A DNA stretch of 64,000 bases from Octopus sinensis (Eukaryota). Shown one piece after another: positions 40,851-55,539 of the stretch. The position numbers and the translations under genes are program-made. Under the pieces are notes generated by a model. It was not told where the DNA came from and ran no database searches. It saw only the letters and a list, made by a program, of their open reading frames with translations. Positions within the stretch are counted from its first letter, which is position 1. Every line of letters begins with the position of its first letter. The stretch covers positions 13,702,001 to 13,766,000 of the forward strand of contig NC_043018.1 of NCBI RefSeq assembly GCF_006345805.1, written 5' to 3'.

Positions 40851-41135
40851 AAAGTGCCTAATTACCATATGAACCAAAAGTGGCTAATTACCATATGAAC
40901 CAAAAGTGGCTAATTACCATATGAACCAAAAGTGGCTAATTACCATATGAACCAAAAGTGGCTAATTACCATATGAACCAAAAGTGGCTAATTACCATAT
41001 GAACCAAAAGTGGCTAATTACCATATGAACCAAAAGTGGCTAATTACCATATGAACCAAAAGTGGCTAATTATCATATGAACCAAAAGTGCCTAATTACC
41101 ATATGAACCAAAAGTGCCTAATTACCATATGAACC
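40851..41135. repeat. 26-bp minisatellite, 11 units (GCTAATTACCATATGAACCAAAAGTG)
   Basis: ATTACC/ATTATC core recurs every 26 nt from 40861 to 41121. Confidence 0.95.
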
Positions 41136-41199
41136 GTTGTTTGGTTAAATGGGATTCGTCAATGATGTGTAACGAAAACATAAACTGCGTTGTTGCTTT

Positions 41200-41620
41200 A
41201 TTTCAGTCATTTGACTGCAGCCATGCTGGAGCACCGCCTTTAGTCGATCAAATCGACCCCGGGACTTATTCCTTTGTAAGCCTAGTACTTATTCTATCGG
41301 TCTCTTTTGCCGGACTGCTAAGTTAGGGGGACGTAAAGGCACGAACATCGGTTGTCAAGCGATGGTAGTAGGGGACAAACACAGACACATAAACGTATAC
41401 ATATACATACATACATATTTATATATATATATATATTATATATATATATATATATCTATACGACAGGCTTCTTTCAGTTTCCGTCTACCAAATCCACTCA
41501 AAAGGCTTTGGTCGGCCCGAGGTTATAGTAGAAGACACTTGCCCAAGGTGCCATGCAGTGGGAATGAACCCGGAACCATGTGGTTGGGAAACAAGCTTCT
41601 TACCACACAGCCACATCTGC
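41200..41620 (-). mobile_element. SINE family A copy
   Basis: Reverse complement of the family A consensus. Confidence 0.8.
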
Positions 41621-44199
41621 GCATGATAACTCTAAATCTAGAGTTATCAATAAATCTTCAGTTTCTACAAGAAATAATGGATTACGCCAATTTTTCGCAA
41701 TTACCTAGCAGCAGCACAGCTTGTAAGGATTTTTGGTTTGATCGTTGATATGGTTAATCTACGTATTTCCGCAATTATCGAGAAGATAGGTCTACATTTA
41801 TGACCCATTCGTGCCATGCCGGTGCGGACGCCATCTTTTTTCAAAGATAGTGTGTCTAGGATTTTCGTTGCCTAATATAGTCAAAAGCAGCACTTTTGAA
41901 TTTATGCATAGTATGTTTAATTTCATAATTAAAAGATAACAAAGGTGGCGTGCTAGCAGAATCGTTAAAATGTTGGTCAAAATGCGCAGCGGAGTTTCTT
42001 ACAGTTTTCAGTTCAAATCCCGCCGAGTTCAATTTTTGGGGTCGGTAATATAAGGTATCAATCAAATTCTGAGGACAATATAATCGACTTATCCTATCCC
42101 ATTAAAATTGATGGCCTTCAATCGAAATTTTAAACCCTTATCACAAAATAATAAAGGCAGAGAGTGTGCCGAATGTTTAAAGCGTTGGAACAGATATCTT
42201 TGGTGGACTTAACCCGCCTTGTTACATTCCAGCTTCACATTTCGCCGAGGTTAAATTTGGTTTTGATCCTTTCAATCAAGTGTTGGGGGAACGATGCTAT
42301 TGCCTAACCCCCTTATCCGACAAAATGTCTGGCTTTATGCGTTAATCAGAAACAAATTGCGATGCACAGTAGTAGATGTCCTTTGTCCAGCAGAGAAAAA
42401 CCTAATGTTCAATGTACGAAAGAAAGAAGGCATTGAGCAGGCAGAAGTGTTAGAACGCCGGTCAAAATGCTTAGCAGTATTCCGTCTTTACGTTCTGAGT
42501 TCAATACCCGCTGAGGTCGACTTTGCCTTTCATCCTTTCGGAGTCGACAAAATATATACCAGTTGAGTACTGAGGTTTGATGTAATCGACCTACCCAACT
42601 CTCCCCGAAATTGCTGGCCTTGTGTCAGAATTTGAAACCAATATGAGTAAATATTTATGGCTGATTAATATATCTACAAACGATACACCCGATTTACGAG
42701 ATTAGGCTTATCGACAACTACACCCGTTATCGATGAGTTCAACAACCAATACATTGATTTATAAGTATTTCAGTATTCCCCAGACACTTGTATACGTAAT
42801 CCTCCAGCTGGGTTGGAATTGATTGCAGCGAAACTGGCTCTCGACCAATTCTTCAACTTGAAGCACAAAGGCGGCGTTGTTAGAGTTAAGGGTGTGTATT
42901 CTAAGAGACGAAGGAACAAAAGCCGGTTCGGCAAAAGACACCGAAAGAATAAGTACTAGGCTTACAAAGAATAAGTTCTGTGGTCGATTTGCTCGATTAA
43001 AGGCAGTGCTCCAGCATGGCCACAGTCACATAACTGAAACAAGTTAAAGTGATTAAAAGAGAGGAACGAATTTGTCCCACACACACTTCTTCAATTCAGC
43101 TTTAATATTCTCCTCACTTGACGTCGCAAGTCTCGAAATCTTTCGCTACACATTCTATGATTTCTCCATCCCACGCCTCCCACCCCCTGTCCTCTTCAGT
43201 CGATTTTGAGGAAGGAACTAAACAGCAAAGCTGGCAGAATCTTTAATGCATCTAAATAAAATGCTTAACCATATTTGCCTCAGTTCTCTACGTACGTCAG
43301 ATAAAATGTTTAACCGTATTTTCCCCAGTTCTCTCATATCTTACCGTAGTTAACTTTTCTTTTCATCTGTTCGGGGTCGACAAAATAAAGTACCAATCCG
43401 GTGCCGAGGTCCATGTAAGCTTAAAATGATAAACAGAGTGATCAAAATCTATAATTCAAGGGAGGCAACTAGAGAATACTACATAAGTTATTTCCCTTGA
43501 ATAGATTGTAATATTTGGAGATTGTGTTGGTTGTGGTCGTCGTCGTTGTGGTGGCCATTCACATCATCTTTCTGGTGGACAGATAACTAAGATGAGATGC
43601 ATTCCAGCCGTGACCTATCCTGTCTTTTTTTGTGTATCAAGAACTGAGGAAATGAAATTTAAAGAAGGAAGTACATCTATTTCCAGCTGTCCAAACGACC
43701 ACTAAGTGGTACCCTTTTGTCCTTGTGTGTGTGTGTGTGTATGTACGCATGTGTGTGTGCATTAATACCAGTTACGTGTTCGTGGGTTTGTTAGTAAAAC
43801 TATGCCTGCTCATGTGTTGATATTCACTTTCTGTGCTTGTTTTTATATGTCTCTTCTATTTTTTAATTAGTATAAATCTTCCACCAAGGAGGGATCCAGT
43901 TTCCAACAAAGATACAAGGCTCCATCTTTGGGATGTAGTTAACACGGACAAATTCACATTTGGAACTTGAAGAAAGTCTTGGATATTTTTACTGCTCCAC
44001 TCACAGATTGGACTTCGATTGCCGGTCAGGTTCTCTTTCTGAAAGTCCCAGTTTATCAAGAGTCTCCTTTAAGCATTTACTAACAAAACCTAGTGCTCCA
44101 ATTATTATTAGTATGAATAGGAATTCATAGTCTGGATATAGAAGCTGGAGGTTTCGAAGCAGTCTACAAAGAAATTATGGGTCATATTGATGTTTCTAG

Positions 44200-45600
44200 C
44201 AGTTGAAGACCCTAGCATGTAACCATTTGTTTTCTGTAGTAGGTACGATAATGAATTAAGTGCCGAAATGAAAAGGAGTACAGAAAAACTATCTCCCTAG
44301 AATATTCCCTTTGAAATGCCTATACTATCAGAAACAATTATTGTTTATGCCGTTCGGGTTTATCATGAAGAATATATGAACAATACCTGGTTTGACACTC
44401 AATGAACAAAATCACTGCACACAGTGAAACGATGCTACTTAGGGAGAGTTCTCTCAAGGAGATTAGTGAAGACTATAGCTTTTGAAAGAGCAACCTCGGG
44501 AGTGAACATCAACAGTATAATATTGACTTCTGTTGAGTGAAATTGTCTACTGTCTGAACTGACTGAGATATCAGGTAGCATTAATGAGCGTTGGATTCCG
44601 TGTTTCATCCGCAGGCAACCATTTTGTCAAGATAGTGAGTTTACGTACACCAACACTGCTCTCCGATATTGAGGATAAAAAATGCGTCTTTCAGGCGTTA
44701 AATAAGGCTTTGACTAAAATAGTAGAAGACTAAGTCATCTTATGAAATATTAATTTAAGAGGAAGATGGATTCAACAATAACTCGGAGTGTATGATCCAG
44801 GAGCACAATGCCGGAAAATCTAAGGGCAATAGCTTTAGCTTATCCCTCACCGGAGAAGCTGGTGACCTCACAATGAGCAACATTATCTTTCAGCAGAAGA
44901 ATAAATACAAATGTCATGGCAGCTGTTTTATTGACTACATCTTGGTCAAGCGGGTAAATATCAAAAATGTTCTGCTCACCCGTGTATTGAAGGATGTTGA
45001 ATGATGGACAGCTCCCTGATCTATACTGAAGGGCAAGTTACCTGCTCATTCACGCTTTATAGATGGGCTGGGTGTGTATGTGTTATGTTTGTTATGAAGG
45101 CTACCCATCCAATGGCGAGATTGATAGAAAAGTCTTGTAGCTCACCCCAAATGCAAGAGGTGCCGGAAACACCAGCCAAACGCCCAAGAAGTTCAATTAC
45201 TACAAGATCCACAATTCTGATATTTGTAAAAACTTTTCTTGCTCACTCCCTGACAGTCAAACTAAATTTCCTGAAGTACTCATCACCAGGGAAATTCGCA
45301 GAGATAACAAATAGTGATATCTAAGTACCACAGTCTACGATGTTGTACCCATCTCGGTCTCCATATCAAGGTTCTTGTCATCTGCCGAATAATTTGTGTT
45401 TCTTCTCTCCAGAATGATCGAGAAATGTGAAGAAGATGAAACTGATATACAAAGGCTTTTTGAGAGCTCTAATATCCAATGTCTCCAGAAAATCCTTTCA
45501 TTCTCATGACAAGAGAGGATTACGAACACAGAAGCCATTCCAACTATCACCAGGATCATTGAAACTATACTATACAGGCATCAGCTGGCTCGCTTATGTA
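44200..45600 (+). mobile_element. Highly degraded RTE-clade LINE fragments (APE and C-terminal parts)
   Basis: DLTMSNIIFQQKNKYK..FIDYILVKR..VLLTR resembles the RTE endonuclease end. QCLQKILSFS*QERITNTE and RWAG resemble the RTE C-terminus. Confidence 0.6.
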
Positions 45601-46379
45601 GTGTGAGTATCTGACTTCCTGTAGGAAGCGATTTCGCCAATTACACCATGAACGCCGAATGGCTAGAAGACCAAAGAAACGCATCAAACGTGAAAAGTAT
45701 TGCTACCGACCTCTACTTATCGCTTTGCCATATTCGCAGGGAGTTTGACGATATGGAGGTAAAACGAATCAGCGCTATCAAGTGAAGAAAGAAAAGAGAA
45801 ACCTTCTAACGGTAATATTTCATATCATGGGTAATTAGGCCCTCGCTATCATCTCGAGCTGCTTCATCGCCAGGACTGAATTTGCACAATATAACTAATT
45901 TTATCGTACATCTCCCCTCAAAGACAGATATTTTCAGGCATCTGCTTATGAGACAGGCCACATCTTTAGCGTTAATTCTTCATTATCTTCGGCACTTTTC
46001 ATATCTATGGGGTTTAACTTGATCAACATGTCTTTTAATCATGAGATATTTTGTATCGTAGCCAGTCGACGCTTTTCCATGTTCGTCGCAACCCACGTAA
46101 ATGCGAGAAAGTGTGTATTCATACGTTACACAGCAGGCATATAATATGTATATGTAAAAGTTGTGTATGTGTGTGTGTGTGTGTCTGTGAGTGTGAACTG
46201 ACATTAAAAGAAAATATTTAGTGTTGACTCGATGGGCTCGTCCATAAAATTGATGGTCAATAAAGGAAGCTTAAAGAAACATTACAACTTCGCCATAGCA
46301 ACTGGTTTTACAAGAGTGAAAGACTAATAGAAACATACAAACACAAAATGCATATATTGATGCATATGTATATATATAT

Positions 46380-46411
<32 letters not shown>

Positions 46412-47589
46412 CATATGCATCAATATGATGCATGTTATGTTTGTATGTTTGTATTTATATATGTGTATATACGTACACAAATACACACACACATACTCAA
46501 ACACACACACACACACATGTATATATATATATGTGTATGTGTGTGTGTGTGTGTGTTTGAGTATGTGTGTGTGTATTTGTGTACGTATATACACATATAT
46601 ACATGTATATATATGTATATGTGTATATATAATCTATATATAAATACTCACACACACACACATATATATTTATATATGTACGTGAATAGACGTATGTTTA
46701 TATATATATGTTTATATATATATATATATATATGTTTATATATATATATTTGTACATATATGTGCATGTGTATGTTTGTGAGTATACACGAGATAAAAAA
46801 AATGAGGAAAATAAATATATGCTGTTACTTGTACAATATTTACTCGCGAGAATAAATTGTCTTATGACACATTTTAAAGCTAATCCTTGCCGAGTTGAAT
46901 TTCTAAATGCTCTCATTATATGGCTTCCGTTTCTATCCTCTTTGTAAATTTCAAAAGATATTTATCAAACATTTAATTGGCAAATACTGTTGAAAAATAG
47001 AAAAAAATAACAAAAAAAAACCAAACAAAACACATTAATGGAAGCAGAGTATTGATTCATATGCTTGCGTCTTCCCACTAACCTTCCACCAAGTAAGGAA
47101 ATATCTATATTTTACGCTTGTTTTTTTCTCATACTTTTCTGTTGTTATTATTGTTGTTGTTGTTAAATACACGAAGCGAAACAGTAATCACGAGAAGAAT
47201 TCATACAACTTACAAAAAAAAAATGCAAAAACAAAAAACCCGAACGCCCCGTAAACTTCGCCGTTGTTCGCAAGAGCATCAGCGAGCTGAGGCAGGAAAT
47301 ATAGAAAAGCACAAACATTCACACAAAATGGGAAGGGTTCGACGAACGTCTGTCGAAAACTCCCTATGACAGACAGCTAATAAACACAGACACAAATACC
47401 CAAAAGTCATTGGGCCTTTTAGACTAAAGCTGGATAAAAGGACTTTAGGAAGGCCCTTCATTAATGATAATGCATCACACGAGGCAGCTGAATCAGCCGA
47501 TCCTCTCAAAAATCAAAGTAGGTGAACGTCTTCCATTTTGTTTCTCCGATAAACATGGTCGTTTTCAGAGTAGGGTGTGTGAATGAGTG

Positions 47590-48715
47590 TTCGTGCCATG
47601 GGGTCAGAAGTAAGGTCACTTGCTAAACAACCTCAAACCGCTCGATTTAGATGTGACTGCAATTAACGAGGCAACAATTTCTAATGCGCAAGCATTCGCG
47701 CCCATTTTCGATGACTATGAGATATTCTCATCTTGTGGCCTGCCAGGAGCGGGCAGCGGGTTAGCGGTGCTATTCAGAAAATCCTTAGATTGCGAAGTAA
47801 AAGCAATCTTCTTGGACCCGGTTGGCAGGTTGGTGGCCCAAGATGTGAATGGTAGTGAAGGTGGCGCCCTCAGACTGGTGGTCGTCCATGTCCCGACAAG
47901 AGCTGGAAGGTCAGAATTCTTCAGTTGTCAAGAAACTTTCCTGGGAACGTCTCGCAGTTTAGTACTAGCAGGGGACTGGAATAGAATTTTACACGGAAGG
48001 ACTGTGTGGGGCTAGTACACCGAAGGGGATGCAGAAGCTTCGAAAACCTACTCAGAGACTTCCAATTATCTGGTAGGTATTGACAAGATTTCCCTGATGT
48101 GCCATTATGGACATGGAGCAACCACAATGGGTCAACCAGGTCGTATCTAGATAGAGTATTTGTTACGTCAGAGGATAAAATAGTGTGGGTTGTCCACAAT
48201 TTAAATCAGTCGATTACACAGACCACAAGATTGTGATCTGCACAATCGAGTTAGATACAACTGGTAGACTGGGACCCGGTTGCTGGAGGTTAAACGCGTC
48301 CTTTCCGGCTCGCAAAGACTACAGGGACCGGATTAGTGAACTAGTTAAGCGGCAGTTGACAGGGGCAATAAATAACAACCGGTTGTGGTTCGCCCTGAAG
48401 AAGGCGATAAGAGCAGAATCGATAGGGTTTAGCAAAGAGTTAGGATTAGAAAGGAATAGATTAGAGGGTGAACTAGTTAGCAAATTAGAAGAGGCGATTA
48501 AAAAGGGCATTGCGACCGAAGTGTTAGCGACGAGAATGAACCTTGATCATTTCTTCGTAGTGAAACACGAAGGTTGCGTTGTTAGGGTTAAGGTCTGTGC
48601 GTTCAAACTGGAAGGAACTAAAACTGTCCGATGGGCTCCAACAGTGGAGACACGACGTGGAAACAAAACCGCGATCAGGTCTTTGACGGATAGGGAGGGG
48701 TACGGTCAGATTGGA
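47590..48715 (+). pseudogene. Degraded Tx1/L1-clade ORF2 N-terminus (AP-like endonuclease and following helical region)
   Basis: LDVTAINE, GSGLAVLFRK, LVLAGDWNRIL, SYLDRVF, TDHKIV and GPGCWRLNASF motifs, with frameshifts. Confidence 0.8.
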
Positions 48716-48744
48716 TGCGAACGTAGCATTAGAGCAGAAGAAAA

Positions 48745-49065
48745 CAACATAGTATGGATTATTATTATTATCGTATGTAAACTCACATCTTATATTGGTG
48801 GGTATGATGGAAAGTGTCAGCTGTCCACAGCCAGCAGACTAAGGTAACACTTGTTTTACTGGTTGTTTCAAGAACCCTGCGAAGAATTCTTGCACTTCCA
48901 GGCAATATTTGTAGGTGCTTTTTGCAGGTTATTTTTGTAGGTGTTCTACCTTCACATTTGCAGCGTTCTTTATCAGCCATGTCGGTAGTTGAGAGCTGAT
49001 AATTCCAAGTGCACCGATTGCTATTGGTATCACGTGTACTCTCTTCATTGACCACAACCTTCATA
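48745..49065 (-). mobile_element. R4/Dong-like (RLE) non-LTR 3' end
   Basis: Minus strand reads VIPIAIGALG...VEHLQK...GSARILRRVLE and ends in a short (AAT)n. Confidence 0.65.
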
Positions 49066-49306
49066 TTTATATCGGAGCCCTGGGAACAGTGAGCAAAAAT
49101 CTGGAGAAGCACGTTGAACAAATAGGGGCTGCAATAAGGGTGGTGCACTTACAGAAAACAGCACTGCTTGGAACCGACCGAATACCCCGGAAGGTGCTCG
49201 AAAATAAGAGGCGTCACTTTAGTTTACTGGTAGTGAACAGCTGCCACAGTACTACCTCTCCAGCGTTAGAAGATGTGCAAAGGCAAAGATGATGATGATG
49301 ATGATG

Positions 49307-49370
<64 letters not shown>

Positions 49371-49457
49371 TAATAATAATAATAATAATAATAATTAATA
49401 ATACTAATAATAATCATAATAATAATAATAATAATATAATAATAATAATAATAATAA

Positions 49458-49489
<32 letters not shown>

Positions 49490-49490
49490 G
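49066..49490 (+). mobile_element. R4/Dong-like (RLE) non-LTR 3' end with a (GAT)/(AAT)n tail
   Basis: Reads IGALGTVSKNLEKHVEQIG...LQKTALLGTDRIPRKVLE, followed by about 220 bp of trinucleotide repeat. Confidence 0.7.
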
Positions 49491-49574
49491 CAACAACCAA
49501 AAAAGCAAATGAAGCTAAAAACCAGAAAAAAGAACAAAAATTTTCTGACTGGCAGGAGAAGGCTTGGCATTAGA

Positions 49575-49925
49575 TCCCGAAGATAAGTTTCTTTATTGGC
49601 CACACAGGGCTGCACACAGATGGGACAAGTTACAAGGTAGAGCTTTTCTTTTGGGGGATGAAAAAAAAAACAAAAAACAAAAAACAAAAGAACAACAAAA
49701 AAAAAAAAAGGAAAAAGGAAAAAAGGAACAAAAGAAAAGAAAAGAAATGAAAAAAAAAAGAGAAGAAAAAGGGGAAAAAAAAAAAGGGTAAGAGGAAAAA
49801 AATACGATCAATAGGGATAGTCTATCACAGTGTTATGATGTATGGTGTTAAGGGGAAAGCAAGTAAGGTTTATCCGTGGGAAGAAAAGCCTACGAAAAAG
49901 ACCACGGTAACCTTGGTCAATATTG
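49575..49925 (-). mobile_element. Third 3' UTR copy of the Tx1/L1-like element
   Basis: Reverse complement of ~5870-6192; only TTATCT follows AATAAAGAAAC. Confidence 0.75.
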
Positions 49926-50189
49926 TTATATGTTACCAGCAGTAAATAGTAGTAGTGAGACATGGTTATGGTTGCAGAAAGGAAGGTTAAAAAAGGGAGA
50001 CAGAACGTTTGTTAGTAGCAGCAGAAGATTTTACATTAAGGACAAATTGAATAAAAGCCAAGATAGACAAAACCCACTTTGCCTTTCGTCCTTTCGAATT
50101 CCAATAAATAAGTACCAATTGAGTACTGGTGCCGATGTTATCGACTTTTTCCTTCTCTCGAAGTTGCTGGCCTTGTGTCAACATTTCAA

Positions 50190-50444
50190 ACCATTATTAT
50201 TACTATTATTATTATTATTATATTATTATTATTATTATTATTATAATTATTATTATCATTATTATATTGTTATATTATTATTATCATTTTATTATTATTA
50301 TTATTATTATTATATCATTATCATTATTATTATTATTATTTTTATTATTATTATTATTATATTATTATTATTATTAATATTATTATTATTATTATTATCA
50401 TTATTATTATTTTATCATTATTATTATTATTATTATTATCATCA

Positions 50445-50530
<86 letters not shown>

Positions 50531-50535
50531 TATTA
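50190..50535. repeat. (TTA)n microsatellite
   Basis: Direct inspection. Confidence 0.95.
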
Positions 50536-51361
50536 TGTTCGTGACGATTTTACTGAAAACGTGAACGATGTGAAATAATGCCATAAACTCCATTTCTAAA
50601 CAATTACGGGATAAAAATTAAAAAACAGAAACAGCTTCGAATAAAAATTTCTATGCAATGTCTACAAAATGAATCACTTATATAAATTTTTTTATCTATT
50701 CATTATCAATGATTTCTTTTTTTTTAGTTATGTTTTTCTGAACACAATATTTCGCATTCAAGATTTGTTCGAATTGACGTTAGGAAAATAATTATAGCCA
50801 ATATCCGTTAGGTTTTAATGTGCTGTTTTATATGCAACAAATAGCGCCATCTAATTCAAAGGGAGATAAGAGAAACAAAACAGAGGGAAAACAACAAGAA
50901 AAAACGATTAGAATTTAGAACCAAGACCGGCAACAAGCATATGTGCTTTCTATTAGCAGGAAATAGTTTTTTTTATTTTTTAAAAAAGGGGCTTTTTTTA
51001 TTATTTTATGATTGTATTTAATACATACATACGTACATACATGCATTCTTGCATACATACATCCATGCATGCATACATGCAAATATTACATATATACGTA
51101 CGTACGCGAGCACGCACACACACACACGCACATACACACACATGCACAAATATATGTATATGTGCATACAAGTAGCACGAGGCTAATCAAACTATTTTAA
51201 AAATAATAATAATAATAATAATAATAATGATATAATAATAATAATAATAATAATAATTATAATTAATAATAATAATAATAATAATAAAATAATAATAATA
51301 ATAATAAAACGATAATGATAATAATAATAATGATAATAATTATAATAATAATAATAATAAT

Positions 51362-51918
51362 AAATGCCCTGATGCAGTACCATAAATGCCCTAATGCAGT
51401 ACCAGGCAGTGGCTCTCATGGTTCTGATGTTAACTGATTGAAAGTGTTATCATGTACATTGTTTTGTCTTGGTATAAAAGATGGGCTACAGCAAATATTC
51501 TGCTCAATACCACAGATTTGCTTGTCAGTTGTTTGACCTTAACCAGTTGAGCATGTCCCTTAGTGGCTGACGATATGTGCATCTCTGATCATGAGCAGAA
51601 GTAGTGGGGGAGCATCATAGCCATGTGTTGAGAGGATTCTTTGGGGTTTGAATAGTTCACCTCTGGAAACATGGGTGGTTCTTTCAACATCCTTAAACAA
51701 ACCTTACTCAGGGACCTTTTGAGCGGGATGGCTACTCAAACTGAAGAAAATTCTAACTGGGCTCCACCTGCAAGGTCATGTGCTGTTTATCTTGATATGA
51801 GATCACCATGTCGCGCACATTGGTCGTGATGCATGTGCATGGTGTACCCTTATCAGACGGTTAGTCATGATGGGTATATTGGGCTTCGTATATTTTACCC
51901 CAGTGTCACTTTGATGGC
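51362..51918 (+). mobile_element. Interspersed repeat family D (partial copies at ~60912-61135 minus and ~61585-61830 plus)
   Basis: Shared sequence blocks; flanked by (AAT)n on both sides. Confidence 0.6.
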
Positions 51919-51929
51919 ATTCTCTGCTC

Positions 51930-51937
51930 TCTCACTC

Positions 51938-52008
<71 letters not shown>

Positions 52009-52025
52009 TAATAATAATAATGATA

Positions 52026-52098
<73 letters not shown>

Positions 52099-52212
52099 TA
52101 ACGATAATGATAATAATAATAATGATAATAGCAATAATAATAATAATAATAATGATAATAATAATATAATAATGATAATAATAATAATAATAATAATAAT
52201 GATATGATAATA

Positions 52213-52258
<46 letters not shown>

Positions 52259-52385
52259 TAATAATGATAATAATATAATGATATGATAATAATAATATAA
52301 TAATAATAATAATAAAATAATAATAATACTAATAATACATAATAATAATAATAATAATTAATTATTATTATTATCATTACTATTA
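51930..52385. repeat. (AAT/GAT)n microsatellite
   Basis: Direct inspection. Confidence 0.95.
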
Positions 52386-52389
52386 TTTC

Positions 52390-52587
52390 TAACTTTTGCC
52401 ACAAGGAGGCGGGGATAATTCGTTTACATCGACACCAGTGTTCAACTGGTACTTATTTTATCAACCCAGGAGAGGATGGAAAGCAAAGTCGATTTCGGTG
52501 GAATTTGAACTCAGAACATAGCGACGGTTGAAATACCGCTAAGCATTTCGTCCGGCGCGCTTACGATTCTGCCACCGTGCCGCCTTA
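52390..52587 (-). mobile_element. SINE-like family B copy
   Basis: Reverse complement of the family B consensus. Confidence 0.7.
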
Positions 52588-52608
52588 AATAACTACAACA
52601 ACAACAAC

Positions 52609-52675
<67 letters not shown>

Positions 52676-53069
52676 TGTGTGTGTGTGTGTGCATTAGCTA
52701 TACGGATATATAAACACATGGATACGAACTTCCTCACCTCACCCCACCCCCCAACAGACATTCGCACAAGTTTTTCGGAATGAATCTTCTGTTTATTGCT
52801 TTTTAATGTTTTTCTTTTTCATCGATTCTCTTCACCAGAAAAAAAATGACAGACATTTTGGTCATCATTTCCTCCCCCCTCTTCCCCTCTCTCCGTTACT
52901 CCCACCCTTTCTTTCTCTCTTCTTTATCTCTCTCTCTCTCTCTCTTTCCGTCTCCTTATCGAGTTTTAGACCTCTTGTCTTTTTATTAGCTTTTTCTCCT
53001 CCGCCACGTTCCTTTCTCTCTGACACTATTAGGCTCTACATAATGTGTGTGTGTATACATGCATATATA

Positions 53070-53119
<50 letters not shown>

Positions 53120-53419
53120 ATATATATATATATATATATATATTCATATATATATCCATACGTATGTATATACACACCAACACATAACATACATATATAT
53201 ATATATATATATATACATATACAGATGATATACATAAGTATAAGTACACATACCCACGCATGCAAACAAGCGCACTATAAAATATATCCTGTCTTTTCTA
53301 GTTCCATGGTTATACATCAACTTGATGTCGTAAGTCACAAATATATAACACTAATAAATCAGTCTTCTTCTCTTCTACAACTCTACCTTTTTTTGACTTC
53401 TCTAGTTCCTTTTCTTCTT

Positions 53420-53432
53420 CATCATCATCATC

Positions 53433-53470
<38 letters not shown>

Positions 53471-53550
53471 TTCTTCTTTTCTTCTTCTTCTTCTTCTTCT
53501 TCTTCTTCTTCTTCTTCTTCTTCTTCTTCTTCTTCTTCTTCTTCTTCTTG
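53420..53550. repeat. (CAT)n followed by (TTC)n microsatellite
   Basis: Direct inspection. Confidence 0.95.
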
Positions 53551-53941
53551 TATTCATTGCTTTGGCTGGGGCCGAACGCCGGTGCTGTAAAAGAGGGAAG
53601 TAAAAATGTTCTGAGATATTCACGTACACAGCGCAGGCGCCACTCGAATGGAACTGTTAGAAGACGCATTCCACACATTTGCTGTCACGATGTAAAATGG
53701 AGGCGTGTTGGCATCTCTCTTATTTTCACTTTCTCGTTGATATATATATATATATATATACACACAACACACACACACACACACACACACACAATTATAT
53801 ATATATATATATATATATATAACAAACATATATATATATATATATACATATATATATAATATATATATATACGTATATATATCTTATACATATATATATA
53901 TAATACATATATATATACATATAATATATACATATATATAC

Positions 53942-53987
<46 letters not shown>

Positions 53988-54136
53988 TATATATATATAC
54001 TATATATATATTACACACACAGACACACATATATATCATATATATATGTATATATATATACATATATATATAGTAGATATATATATATATATATTATATA
54101 TATTATATATATACATGCATACACACACATATATAC

Positions 54137-54182
<46 letters not shown>

Positions 54183-54719
54183 GGTTTGGTAGACGGAAAG
54201 AAGATTTTCTTATACAATATATGGGTGGGGGTGGGGTGTTTGTGTGTGTGTTGTTTGTATCCGTTTTTCCATCACCGCTTGCCAACCGATATTGGTGTGT
54301 TTAGGTACCCATATTATAGCACCCTCTCCATACACCGTACAAATGTCGCGAGCAGCTTTTGCTGCCTTAGAACCTTGATCAAAATCAAAAATGAGGTGTC
54401 GAAAATGCTCGTTTTTCTTAACTAAAATTAACTAGAAAAAAAACCCCCAACAGAATAGATTCCAAGATGATTCAAAAATTGAATTCTCGAAAAAACTACA
54501 TTCTAAAATTTAAAAACGCAATCAATATTCAAAATTTAAAAAAACGGCGGTAACTTAGTTGCCAACCCAATATATGACCTTTTAATGATTACGGCCGTTT
54601 CGTGGCGGACTGATAGCTGGAGCTTACTGTGAAAGCCGCACGATTCTTTGATTCTATATTTTATAATACTCCTTTTACGCACATATGTTTAAGTTTGAAT
54701 ATGTACATACATGCATATA

Positions 54720-55080
54720 TATACTCTTTACTCTTTTACTCTTTTACTTGTTTCAGTCATTTGACTGCGGCCATGCTGGAGCACCGCCTTTAGTCGAGCA
54801 AATCGACCCCGGGACTTATTCTTTGTAAGCCCAGTACTTATTCTATCGGTCTCTTTTGCCGAACCGCTAAGTGACGGGGACGTAAACACACCAGCATCGG
54901 TTGTCAAGCAATGCTAGGGGGACAAACACAGAGACACAAACATATACACACACACATATATATATACGACGGGCTTCTTTCAGTTTCCGTCTACCAAATC
55001 CACTCACAAGGCGTTGGTCGGCCCGGGGCTATAGCAGAAGACACTTGCCCAAGATGCCACGCAGCCACTCCTGCGCCTAT
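54720..55080 (-). mobile_element. SINE family A copy
   Basis: Close to the family consensus, with a 5' internal deletion. Confidence 0.8.
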
Positions 55081-55091
55081 ATCATATGTAT

Positions 55092-55196
<105 letters not shown>

Positions 55197-55539
55197 TATA
55201 TTATATATATATATATGCATGTTTGTATGTTATGTTTGTATGTATCAAAGCTATAAGCGTCCTTTGCAAGTGGCTGAGGGCTTACAGCATTTGAAAGATC
55301 GCCATCGGACATTGATACCCTCTCGGCGCTTCCAAAGTTAACCCAAGGGAGCATACAGACAGTGACAGCAGATAGAGCAAGCGGGTGGCACCAGCCGACA
55401 GCTGGTATGACTTTTGGGGTTAATTCACAAATGCAACTTGAAGTAATGTGCTTTGTTCAAGAGCACATCGAGCTACCTGATGTAGGAATTGAACCCCCCA
55501 GTTTTATGACTTATTTCAAATCATAACTACAAAACCATA

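Noticed and set aside
40851-41135. 26-bp array (and the 58-bp arrays) as a CRISPR-like locus
   Set aside because: These are contiguous tandem units with no unique spacers, no cas genes and a eukaryotic context.
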